DNA of 54,580 bases. Origin: an uncultured Staphylococcus sp. GTDB taxonomy: Bacteria; Bacteroidota; Bacteroidia; Bacteroidales; Muribaculaceae. The translations under genes and the position numbers were made by a program. The stretch lies in the NCBI GenBank assembly GCA_964581555.1, contig CAZOOY010000001.1, forward strand, positions 1 through 54,580, read 5' to 3'. Numbering within the stretch: position 1 is the stretch's first letter; every line of letters begins with the position of its first letter. The notes beneath the pieces were generated by a model that did not search any database, was not told the origin of the DNA, and was given only the letters and a program-made list of their open reading frames with translations. Below are positions 9,180 to 18,249 of this stretch, piece after piece.

Positions 9180-10259
9180 TTATTGGTTTTTACTTATGAT
9201 TATTTCAGCAAGTGTAAACGGCCGATCATGTCCGGTGTTGATCTTATCCGGTCCGGTGACGGCATCAAAACATGACACGATGAGACGTCCGCGCCATATT
9301 ATGGGTTCACCCGGCTGGTCAAGCCCACCGTCACTTCCATCGCAGTCAGGACTCTGAGCTATACGGGTGATGACTCCATCGGGAGTGACACGAGCCAAAG
9401 CATTGGCGGAAAAATCCGCCACATACAGGTTTCCGTCGGAAGGATCGAAACAGATCCCGTCGACACTCTTCATCTGAGTGGTATCGCAGGCCCAAACACT
9501 CTGAGAAGGAACGCCACCCTCGCCATCGAATGTCACCTTGACAATAGATGCATCTCCGAAGTTCCCAAGATACATGTTCCCCTCCTTATCGAAATCAATT
9601 CCGTCAATGCCGTATCTCACTTCGGGATTTACCGTCACGACAGTGAGAAGAAGATTGGCATCGGAGGTATCATTTTTAACTGTGATATTCTCTTCGCCTT
9701 CGCTGAAACGATAGACACCGCTTACAGTTTTATCCGAACTCGAGAGGGGTGAAAGGATACTTTGCGTCACATAAATATAGCCGTCCCTCACCCTCACACC
9801 ATTAGGGTGTTCCATTCCGGAGGCAACCGTCACAGTTCTAAGAAGTTGTCCTTCCTTATCAAACACAAGTTTTAGTAATCGACCTTTATTCAATGTGCCA
9901 TCGGCACCCGCCCAGCCCTGATTGTCACAGATGTAGAGTTCACCTCGGTCATTGAAAGCGATACCCATCGGACAGGCGTGGCCGGTCTCCTCGAGTACCG
10001 GAACATTCAACCATTTTGAGATGTTCCCGAGACTGTCAATCTTCATCAGACAAGCCGGACGGGAAGGATCGGCAAAATTCGGACACGCGAGGATTAGGTT
10101 TCCATCCGGATCAACTGCCATTCCGTCAGGAGTTGGACAAGACTCCGGAAGTTCCATAAAAAGTGAACTTCCCTTTATCACATCTTTTTTCTCTTTTTCT
10201 CCGCACGCAACTGTCAACAAGGACAACCCGACGGCAAAAGATATAACATTGCCTTTCAT
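9180..10259 (-). CDS. SMP-30/gluconolactonase-like beta-propeller lipoprotein
   Basis: Lipobox LTVAC and repeated propeller blades PDGMAVD, PMGIAF, PNGV, IDGIDFD, VDGICFD. ATGA overlap with the PL8 gene. Confidence 0.8.
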   Translation of the reverse strand: MKGNVISFAVGLSLLTVACGEKEKKDVIKGSSLFMELPESCPTPDGMAVDPDGNLILACPNFADPSRPACLMKIDSLGNISKWLNVPVLEETGHACPMGIAFNDRGELYICDNQGWAGADGTLNKGRLLKLVFDKEGQLLRTVTVASGMEHPNGVRVRDGYIYVTQSILSPLSSSDKTVSGVYRFSEGEENITVKNDTSDANLLLTVVTVNPEVRYGIDGIDFDKEGNMYLGNFGDASIVKVTFDGEGGVPSQSVWACDTTQMKSVDGICFDPSDGNLYVADFSANALARVTPDGVITRIAQSPDCDGSDGGLDQPGEPIIWRGRLIVSCFDAVTGPDKINTGHDRPFTLAEIIISKNQ

Positions 10260-12301
10260 ATTTTGAAACTCTTTGAATCTTTAATCACTAATTCAGAACC
10301 TTTGCGACCGAGACAATAGATACCGGAGGCTGATGGGGTAAAAGTCATGCCATCGATTTCAAAAGCGAGTGGCTCGTATACGGCAGCCCAAATCTCAGGT
10401 TCAACAACTCCTTTCAACTCCACAATCTGAGCCACCGAGTCATTTCGATGGATCTTTACATGCTCGTCAATTGAAAATGCGCTCACCGCTTTGGGCGTTG
10501 TGGAAGGGAGCACGAAATAAAGATAGGAGGCGTCTTTGGGTGCTATTCCGTGAGAAAGATGCAGCGAAACAACATCCCCCTCAACTGCGACAGGTCGATA
10601 CATCTTCATGAATGTGCTCCAGCTCCCGCAGCGATGTCCGCTCTCAAAAAGGACCGGAGCGGTAGGGCTGATGATGTAACCGACACTGTCATGATATAGA
10701 CGAGTCAGTCCGGATGACTTGCATTCCTTCCCCACTACCTCGCGCCATTCCCCGTTTTCGTCGAGGAGGGAGAGCGCCCCGCGTTTCATACGTGTATCGA
10801 TGGATGTAGTCACATTGCGGAGGCTGTCGGAATTAAGAGCGCCACCAAGACACATCACGAATTCATCCGTTATGAGCCACGCTTTCCTCGCCCGCAGGCT
10901 GTCACGGTCAAAGCACATCGCACTCATCCCGTGAGAATCTCTTTCAAGTCCACCGACAAGCCCGCTGCGGTTACGCGACTTGTTTTGTCTGATATTGGGA
11001 ATGGGTGCATCATCTTCATAGGCAGTGACCCCGGGAATTTTTCTCCAGTCAAGAAAAGGGAAAACATCACGGTATTCATCACCACGCACATAATAATATG
11101 TGGCTCCGTCACCGAGATAATATCCGAGATGATTGTCCTCATTGACAACCTCCGTCCCGATCACACGGCTTGAAGACATTTTCACCGATGCCATCCAGGA
11201 TGGAGCACGATGTATTGTATAGTCCGACTCGTCAAAATGCTTATGACCGACAAGCGGATTTCCATGCATGGGAAAACCGTTTATTCCAAACTCCTCCGCC
11301 GTAAAGGCAAGAGCATAAGCTTTATGAAGCTGGGCATGATGGAAAAGCTGGCGTCCAAGTGCGCTCACGTCCATGTGACGGTTCCAGATGGTCCATTTAT
11401 AACCCTCATTGATAAATGTGCGCAGGATCCTTTCATGTTCCTCGTCAAAGCAATAGGGTGTTCCCTTGAATAGCCGGTAATAGAATCCCATACCCGTAAG
11501 GAAAGCAAGACCGTAATTACCGAACTGTTGCTGAGGACCGTGCTGATGGAAACTCCAGTCGTTTTTTATACCTTCGGCCCTACCAACACATATCTCCGAG
11601 ACGATAGTATCACGTGCCATCTTCACGAGAGCAGGATCAGTCTGGAGAAGTCCGCGGATCAAGACGTTTCCCGCAAGCCAGACCTTGTTTTGCCCGGTCA
11701 TTTTGATTCTCGCAGCAGAAACCACTTCTATAATTCCCTCATGCTCGGCAGGAGAAAGTTCATCCTCTATGAGCAGACATGCCGGCCCAAGAGTCTTAGG
11801 GACACCTATCTCATTTTGCCACCAGTTGAGACACTTGGGTTTGGCCGTGAACCAATAGCCGAGAGCTCGATGAATCTTTTCGTCAAGATCATTAGACCCA
11901 TAAAGGCATGTCCCGGGCGTACGGTAGACCTTTACCATTTCAAGCACACGGTCCGCATGCTGCTTGGGCTCCCACCCCGAGCGTTTAGTATCGGCATAGT
12001 TTATGTCGCTCCAGGATCCGTCAGGGTTCATGCGGGAGATATAACCGGAGATTTTTTCAAGATCGAAGGGATAACGCTCGTGCAATTCTATCACCACTTG
12101 ATCAGACATCTCCTTCTCAGGCTCAATAGTCATGAGCCCTGCCGTGAGCGAGTCCGCCTCGCAGGCGGAGTGAATGAGAATCTCTCGATAATTGGCTTTA
12201 AGTTTCTCGATCGTCTCATTTCTTTCCCCGGCCGCCATCAAAAGAGAATGAGAGAGCGGGAGGAAAATCATGATGAGATATGCGATAGTGGTTTTCTTCA
12301 T
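10256..12301 (-). CDS. Polysaccharide lyase family 8 (chondroitin AC / hyaluronate / xanthan lyase-like)
   Basis: NWWQNEIGVP, TGQNKVW, SFHQHGPQQQFGNYG (catalytic His and Tyr), LGRQ, DWRKIPGVT, ARKAW. Confidence 0.93.
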   Translation of the reverse strand: MKKTTIAYLIMIFLPLSHSLLMAAGERNETIEKLKANYREILIHSACEADSLTAGLMTIEPEKEMSDQVVIELHERYPFDLEKISGYISRMNPDGSWSDINYADTKRSGWEPKQHADRVLEMVKVYRTPGTCLYGSNDLDEKIHRALGYWFTAKPKCLNWWQNEIGVPKTLGPACLLIEDELSPAEHEGIIEVVSAARIKMTGQNKVWLAGNVLIRGLLQTDPALVKMARDTIVSEICVGRAEGIKNDWSFHQHGPQQQFGNYGLAFLTGMGFYYRLFKGTPYCFDEEHERILRTFINEGYKWTIWNRHMDVSALGRQLFHHAQLHKAYALAFTAEEFGINGFPMHGNPLVGHKHFDESDYTIHRAPSWMASVKMSSSRVIGTEVVNEDNHLGYYLGDGATYYYVRGDEYRDVFPFLDWRKIPGVTAYEDDAPIPNIRQNKSRNRSGLVGGLERDSHGMSAMCFDRDSLRARKAWLITDEFVMCLGGALNSDSLRNVTTSIDTRMKRGALSLLDENGEWREVVGKECKSSGLTRLYHDSVGYIISPTAPVLFESGHRCGSWSTFMKMYRPVAVEGDVVSLHLSHGIAPKDASYLYFVLPSTTPKAVSAFSIDEHVKIHRNDSVAQIVELKGVVEPEIWAAVYEPLAFEIDGMTFTPSASGIYCLGRKGSELVIKDSKSFKI

Positions 12302-12331
12302 CTGTGTTTCCGGTATTGGACTTTACGGATA

Positions 12332-12380
12332 CAAAAATAGGCCGGAATTACCCGGCCCATATTTCAGAATTTCACCAAAT
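12332..12380 (-). promoter_or_regulatory. Promoter of the PL8-SMP30-GH105-PL6 unit: -7 box plus candidate HTCS motif
   Basis: Minus strand TATTTTTG (12332-12339). Plus-strand TTTCAGAATTTCACCAAAT lies 22 nt away. Confidence 0.6.
12333..12358 (-). terminator. Terminator-like hairpin overlapping the PL8 promoter
   Basis: Minus strand GGCCGG-gtaatt-CCGGCC-TATTTTT, just downstream of the six-hairpin gene stop. Confidence 0.55.
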
Positions 12381-12390
12381 ACTATAAGAT

Positions 12391-14424
12391 TTATTTCTTG
12401 GGAAGAGAAATCTTCAATGTTTCCCCTTCCTTGACTTTCTTATGGATCAAGGTCTTATCGTCACGCACGATTTTAACATCAAGTTTGTCTGCACCGGCGC
12501 GGGTCACGTCGATATCGAAATCGTCACCAAATGCACGGATATTGCGGAGATTGGCGTAATCCCAGTCCTTCGGGAGGCGCGGAGTGAGATCGAAACTTGA
12601 GAAACCTGTTGGACGGATCCCGAAAAGGCCCTCGGTGAAGATGCGGCAGTAAAGTCCGCTTTCAGCCGAAAGATGTCGCTGGTCTCCTTCCGGCCACGCT
12701 TCGATGGCATAAGGGACATGGTCGCCCAAAAGACGATGGCGTGAGTACTGCTTGAGGAAATCCATCCCTTTCTCGACCTCTCCGGCTGCAAGAGTGCCAC
12801 GAAGCGCATAAAGCGTGGAGCGATCCCAGAATGTCTCGGTCCCGGCCTGAGTGAGGCATCCGTCGTTGGTCCAGAGACGCGGTGAGAAGAGAGCATCAAT
12901 CGTACCCTTTGCGCGGTCAAAGATTCCCATCGTGAGGGGTATGCATATCCATGACCGGAGCACATCGTTTCCCTCATAATAGCGGTAACTGTGGTAGCCC
13001 TCTATCTCGTAACCGAAGTGATTTTCAATTGCTTTACGGAGTTCGGCAGCCTGCTTCCTATAGCCGTCAAGTTGTTTGCGGGACACTCCGAGTTCTTTCC
13101 CGAGATAAGAGGCGGATATAAGCGCGTCATAATAGAGACATGAAGTTGCGAGATTGGCGTCGCCGGAGGGGAAACGGTTCTCAAGCTCATCTGAATCGGA
13201 AGCCACCACACCTGCGGGAGTGAGTTTACGTCTGCAGTATTCGAGACACCATTCAATCAGTGGCCAGAGTTCGCGGGCTTCCTCTTTGTCAGCCCGTGCA
13301 AGTGCATAGCGGGAAGCTCCGTAGGCTATCATCGCACCGTCTCCACGATCCTTTGCTCCATGCCAGAAGCTCACTCCTTCCGAGATAATTGAACTTGGGA
13401 TCGGGTTATAATCATCGTTCATATAACGGGCGAAGTGACGATAGCAATTGAGCGAAGACTGATTGCCGATCTCATAACCGAGATAAGGGAAGAACGGACA
13501 GATATACTCGGCCTGATCGTTGGCCCACACGGCAGCATAGTAAGCCTCGCCACCGGGACCATGCATGAGACCGCCCTTGGTATTGTAGATACTCTCCGCG
13601 CCACGGAGTTTCGCAAAAGAGAACATGGTGTTGAGCACCGAGTCGGGAGTCTCAAGAATGAGATTATTCTTCCACTCCTTTATGAGTGCCTTCCTGCCAT
13701 CACGCTGGGCGTCCAGATTGGGACGGCGACCGACAGGATCTCCTGACTTGCGTCCGGAATAAATTACATTGATATCAAAAGTCTCACCGGGTTTCACTTC
13801 AAACACTCCGTTCTTCGAGAGGGAGGCCTCGACTGTATATGAGCCGTAGACTCCTGCCTCCTCCGGTGTGACATATTTCACATTCCACTCAGGGACTCGG
13901 AATGTGATGGGCTGCTGCATATTGTTTGTGAAGCTATATTCCTCACAATAGAATGCACCGTTGGGCGAGGGATAAAGCACGCGCTTCAATGTGACCGCGT
14001 CTTCGATCTTCTTCCTGCGGTAAGTGTGACTGAATGAGCTCTCCACCGTCATGGTTCCGTCAAAGTTGATCGACTTCACCTTTTCATCGGCAAGATTAAG
14101 ATCGTCTATTGTTATTAGGGCAGGGATATTTACGTCAAAACGCTGTTTCAGATTGTTCTGGGTCTTGTTGGGCTTCATGCGGAGCATCGGGAAGACCAGA
14201 CTGCGGTTGAGATGGAATGCACCTTTGTCATCCACCCCATAGCGGAGTACGACCGACATCTGCTGGCCGCTCATCTCAATATGATCGGAGTGAGCCTTGT
14301 CACCCGGTTTGACAGTCCATGTGATATCACCGTCTTTGCCTATGCTCCAGCGATCGGTGGCATTGGCGACTCCGATGCTCAGTGTGCAAAGAAGGAGTGC
14401 CGTTGTGATGAAGTTCTTTATCAT
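12391..14424 (-). CDS. Secreted six-hairpin (alpha/alpha)6 glycosidase-like protein, family not assignable
   Basis: Signal peptide, beta-rich N-domain, LETPDSVLNTMF linker, acidic motifs VWANDQAEY, DSDELE and YAIEAWPEG, and a GLFGIRP...PRLPKDW C-terminal strand typical of six-hairpin GHs. Confidence 0.7.
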   Translation of the reverse strand: MIKNFITTALLLCTLSIGVANATDRWSIGKDGDITWTVKPGDKAHSDHIEMSGQQMSVVLRYGVDDKGAFHLNRSLVFPMLRMKPNKTQNNLKQRFDVNIPALITIDDLNLADEKVKSINFDGTMTVESSFSHTYRRKKIEDAVTLKRVLYPSPNGAFYCEEYSFTNNMQQPITFRVPEWNVKYVTPEEAGVYGSYTVEASLSKNGVFEVKPGETFDINVIYSGRKSGDPVGRRPNLDAQRDGRKALIKEWKNNLILETPDSVLNTMFSFAKLRGAESIYNTKGGLMHGPGGEAYYAAVWANDQAEYICPFFPYLGYEIGNQSSLNCYRHFARYMNDDYNPIPSSIISEGVSFWHGAKDRGDGAMIAYGASRYALARADKEEARELWPLIEWCLEYCRRKLTPAGVVASDSDELENRFPSGDANLATSCLYYDALISASYLGKELGVSRKQLDGYRKQAAELRKAIENHFGYEIEGYHSYRYYEGNDVLRSWICIPLTMGIFDRAKGTIDALFSPRLWTNDGCLTQAGTETFWDRSTLYALRGTLAAGEVEKGMDFLKQYSRHRLLGDHVPYAIEAWPEGDQRHLSAESGLYCRIFTEGLFGIRPTGFSSFDLTPRLPKDWDYANLRNIRAFGDDFDIDVTRAGADKLDVKIVRDDKTLIHKKVKEGETLKISLPKK

Positions 14425-14458
14425 TAGTATAGATTTTTATTTTTTTGAATTTGATTTT

Positions 14459-16060
14459 TCATCGACCGGATGTGGCTTGCAGACGGCTATTACCCGGATA
14501 GAGTTTGATGAGGCGGACACCGTGAGCCGGAAGATCAGTCGAGAACTCCTGATCGGACTTGGCCACATCCTGCTGTCGCCAAAGATCGCGGACAGTCTGC
14601 TCGCCCCGTAGGCCCACGGTCTTCCACGTGACGGTAGCATTTGTCGGACTATCCCCGAGATTGAAAAGTCCCACAGCCATCGAGCCATCTTCAAGAGGCT
14701 TGGCATAAATGGTCACATCACCTTTCTGTGAGACTACCATCGCAGGTTTCCCGAGAATGTCCTGGTTGATATCTATGACCTCATCATTGGTAAGCAGACT
14801 GAGGGTGAAGTCATCGAGCTGTGCCATGTCACAACCTATAAGAAGAGGAGCCGACAGAAGAGCCCACAGACTGATGTGAGTATACTGTTCATCGGGAGTA
14901 AGGCGGGTGTAGTGGAGCTTCGGACCCCAACCGACCATTCCGACCACAAGCATGTCAGGATCAGGCCAGTGACCGGGTCCCCAGTAAGGTGCCCACTTTG
15001 TCTGACCGAAACCAAGTGAACTCATACGTTCCCACGTATCACGGATATCCCCCGTGGTACGCCAGCAATTTGCCATCTCCTCAAACATCGGGGCATCCCC
15101 GTAGGGAGCGCTGTTTGACAGACTGTAGACCACATCCCTTGGATAAGCTCGGAGAGCATCATGCATCTCCTTGACGTGATAGTAATCATTGGGATTCCAG
15201 TCGTATTTCAGGTAGTCTATCCCCCACTCCATCCACTGGGCAACATCATTCCTGACAAAGGAATATTTCCCATGATGATAGTTGACACCGTGCTTTGTTT
15301 CCTTGGTTGGATCCACATATCGGTAATTTTCATTAGCATATTTTGCCACCCAGTCGTAGATGCCGTCCGCATTGTCACAATAAGATCCAAGATGACCTGC
15401 ATACGTTCCCACCCAAGGACCGGAATAAATCCCGATCTTTAGTCCCATGTCATGAATCTCGTCAGCGAGTCCTTTCATATCGGGAAACTTTGCGTTGGTC
15501 ATTACAGCGTGGTGGTCACCGCCTCGCAGTCCCTGCCATCCGTCATCAATATTGATGTATTGCCAGCCATGATTGATAAGGCCTTTTTCAACCATCGCTT
15601 TGGCTGAGCTGAGCACCTTCTCCTGACTCACGGCATCGCCCCAACAGTTCCAGCTATTCCATCCCATGGGAGGTGTGAGGGCTATGCGATCACCCACTAT
15701 GATGCGGAAGTCTCGTTTCGTCTCGCCCAACCGATTTTTTGCAACAAGTGTCACATTATATTCTCCCTCCTTTTCGATTTTTCCCGTAATGCGTCCGGAC
15801 TGCGGATCGAGCTTGAGTCCTGAGGGAAGATTTTCAGCCCCAAAGGTCATGGGTCGGTCACCGGTGGCAGCAACTGTGAAAAGGAATTGGGAACCGGGAC
15901 GCACACCGAACACTTTGGCTCCATTGATGCGTGGAGTCGCAGGAGGTGCCGGAGTCAGGATATACTTTTTTAGAGTATCGAGACCTTCTGACTGAGGAGA
16001 AGCTGCGAGAATGCTGCCGCTTAGCAGCATCGCACCTATCAATATAATTAGTTTTTTCAT
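14459..16060 (-). CDS. GH27 alpha-galactosidase with N-terminal Ig-like (He_PIG) domain
   Basis: LPSGLKLD..GRITG Ig domain; TPPMGWNSWN, INIDDGWQ, DYLKYDW, WRTTGDI, DPDMLVVG, APLLIGCD. Confidence 0.94.
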   Translation of the reverse strand: MKKLIILIGAMLLSGSILAASPQSEGLDTLKKYILTPAPPATPRINGAKVFGVRPGSQFLFTVAATGDRPMTFGAENLPSGLKLDPQSGRITGKIEKEGEYNVTLVAKNRLGETKRDFRIIVGDRIALTPPMGWNSWNCWGDAVSQEKVLSSAKAMVEKGLINHGWQYINIDDGWQGLRGGDHHAVMTNAKFPDMKGLADEIHDMGLKIGIYSGPWVGTYAGHLGSYCDNADGIYDWVAKYANENYRYVDPTKETKHGVNYHHGKYSFVRNDVAQWMEWGIDYLKYDWNPNDYYHVKEMHDALRAYPRDVVYSLSNSAPYGDAPMFEEMANCWRTTGDIRDTWERMSSLGFGQTKWAPYWGPGHWPDPDMLVVGMVGWGPKLHYTRLTPDEQYTHISLWALLSAPLLIGCDMAQLDDFTLSLLTNDEVIDINQDILGKPAMVVSQKGDVTIYAKPLEDGSMAVGLFNLGDSPTNATVTWKTVGLRGEQTVRDLWRQQDVAKSDQEFSTDLPAHGVRLIKLYPGNSRLQATSGR

Positions 16061-16074
16061 TCTTCAGAAATTGA

Positions 16075-18234
16075 TTATTTTGATTCGAGAAGAAGGACAG
16101 CGCTGTCAAACTGGGTGGAAAGGGGATTCGAGATACCGTTTTCCATGAGCTCACGACCAGAGAAAACAGCATTTTTGAACCGGGGAGTTGCCCCTTCCTC
16201 GAGGTTGACTTCGCTGAGGGAATACAGTCTGTCGGGATCCAGACCATCAAGCTTGACATTAGGCACGTTTCCATCCTCGGTCTGGAAGAGATAGACAACA
16301 CCTCTATTCTTATCTTTAGCAATGTAGCTCATCGCAGCCATTGGATTCTCATAGGGCGAGACGAGACGATAAAGTTCCCCTGCCATCACGAGATCACGGA
16401 TCTTGTCCTTATATAATTTCACACCACGTGCCAACTGACGACGTTCCTCGGGGGTAGCCTTGTCAAGTGCGAGATCGATTCCGAATGCCCCGCTGAGTGC
16501 AACGTCTATCGCAAGTTTCAAGTGACGTTTACCCATTCTTGTCACATGAGCCGCCATTGTGGTGCCGGGGAAGAAATGCCCGAATCCCCACTGAATTTTG
16601 ATACGCCCGAGAGGGTCGGTATTGTCACTCGGCCAGAAAGAATGAAAATAAGGCATCGCACCATAATCAGCACGTCCGCCGCCACCGGCGCAGAGCATCG
16701 CCATCACATTGGGATAGCCGGTAGCAAAACGATCCATCAGACGGTAAAGCGCCTTGTTGTAGTCCACGAGAAGATGGCTCTGCTCATTGGCCGGAAGATA
16801 TTGGGATCCGGGTTGTGTCACGTAACGGTTGCAGTCCCATTTCACATAACCCACACCGGGATTGGGTCCGAGAGTGTTGTGAATTACTTCCCACTCGTAA
16901 GTCTGGACCTCGGGACGTGTGAGATCAAGGATCTCCTGGTGACGGCCCAGGATGGGGTCACGTTTCTGCTGGGTGATGATCCATTCGGGGTGTTTCTGAT
17001 AAAGTGCGCTCTTAGGGTTCACCATCTCAGGTTCAAGCCAGATACCGAAACCGATCTTACGTTTAGCGGCCTGATCGGCGAGATAAGAGAGGCCGCGGGG
17101 GAGTTTCTTGGTGGATACTTCCCAGTCGCCGAGACCATGCTTGTCATCATCACGTGAAAACTCGCCGTTGCCAAACCATCCGTCGTCAAGCAGGAAAAGC
17201 TCGGCACCTATCTCTTTGGCTCCGTCAAAGAGTCCTACAAGTCGCTCTTCGTCAAAGTCGCAGTGGGTCGCCTCCCAGTTGTTGAGAAGGACAGGACGAA
17301 GTTTATCGGCATCACGAACCGCATACTCATTGGCCCAACGGTGGAACCGACGGCTCGCCTCTCCCTTTCCGTTCTTACTATAGGTATAGAGAATGGCCGG
17401 GGTCTCAAACTTTTCACCTCTCTCAAGATAAAGTTGCGATCCGAGTGGATTGATGCCGGTCAGCACACGAAGATTTTTATTCCAATCCATATCGAAAGCG
17501 AGCTGATAACTTCCTGACCACCTGAGTGAGCCGGCAAACACCTCTCCGTCTTTCTCGGAAGCAGGTTGACCGTATGAGACAATGAATGAAGGGATGCGAT
17601 ATTGAGTGGCTCGGACGCCAAGTTTTGAGTCGAGGATCTTGATTCCTTCACCGAGGCGCTCTTCCTCCAGAGTTGCTTCACGCTTGTACTTTCCGTTAAA
17701 CTGGGTCAACCAATATTCGTTGGACTTCAATAGCGGCGACGCCGAGGCATAACGATAAAGGGTCACTTTGCCACCTCGCTCATCATGGCGGATATCATTC
17801 CAGATCTCCATCATGCCTGAATTGTTATAGCACTTCACGTTGACATCGACGAAGAAATTGTAAGCCGGATCTTTCAGTGAGATCACGGTATGTGTCACGT
17901 CCGATGAGATCGTATCGCAGCGATGGCTCACATAACGAAGATCGGTCGAAGTATTTCCGTCGGTATGTGTGGCCTGAATCGCGGGCTCTGTGATGACACC
18001 GTTACCATAGGCCGGCACGAACTCCATCTCGCGAGGTAATTCCTTTTCGGGAATAGCAATTTCTTCGGAAGCATCGCCGAATCCGAGCTGATAGAGGCGA
18101 CCGTCATCCCCCGCGAGAAGAGTGAGCTTGAGATTATCTGCAACCATTTCTATCTTCTCAGCGCCCGAAAGTGAGGCAGGAAGAAGAAATGCGGTTACAA
18201 TCAAAGTATGGAAGATAGTGATTGGCTTAAACAT
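16075..18234 (-). CDS. GH36 alpha-galactosidase
   Basis: LNNWEATH, LLDDGWFG, GIWLEPEMV, YVKWDCNR (nucleophile), CAGGGGR, WPSDNTD (acid/base). Confidence 0.95.
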   Translation of the reverse strand: MFKPITIFHTLIVTAFLLPASLSGAEKIEMVADNLKLTLLAGDDGRLYQLGFGDASEEIAIPEKELPREMEFVPAYGNGVITEPAIQATHTDGNTSTDLRYVSHRCDTISSDVTHTVISLKDPAYNFFVDVNVKCYNNSGMMEIWNDIRHDERGGKVTLYRYASASPLLKSNEYWLTQFNGKYKREATLEEERLGEGIKILDSKLGVRATQYRIPSFIVSYGQPASEKDGEVFAGSLRWSGSYQLAFDMDWNKNLRVLTGINPLGSQLYLERGEKFETPAILYTYSKNGKGEASRRFHRWANEYAVRDADKLRPVLLNNWEATHCDFDEERLVGLFDGAKEIGAELFLLDDGWFGNGEFSRDDDKHGLGDWEVSTKKLPRGLSYLADQAAKRKIGFGIWLEPEMVNPKSALYQKHPEWIITQQKRDPILGRHQEILDLTRPEVQTYEWEVIHNTLGPNPGVGYVKWDCNRYVTQPGSQYLPANEQSHLLVDYNKALYRLMDRFATGYPNVMAMLCAGGGGRADYGAMPYFHSFWPSDNTDPLGRIKIQWGFGHFFPGTTMAAHVTRMGKRHLKLAIDVALSGAFGIDLALDKATPEERRQLARGVKLYKDKIRDLVMAGELYRLVSPYENPMAAMSYIAKDKNRGVVYLFQTEDGNVPNVKLDGLDPDRLYSLSEVNLEEGATPRFKNAVFSGRELMENGISNPLSTQFDSAVLLLESK

Positions 18235-18249
18235 TATATTAGAAGTATT

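Noticed and set aside
6578-12301. Reading the locus as a chondroitin/dermatan sulfate PUL because of PL6, PL8 and GH88
   Set aside because: No sulfatase or hexosaminidase in the window, and the many alpha-galactosidases and fucosidases do not fit GAG structure. Sulfatases elsewhere in the genome cannot be excluded.
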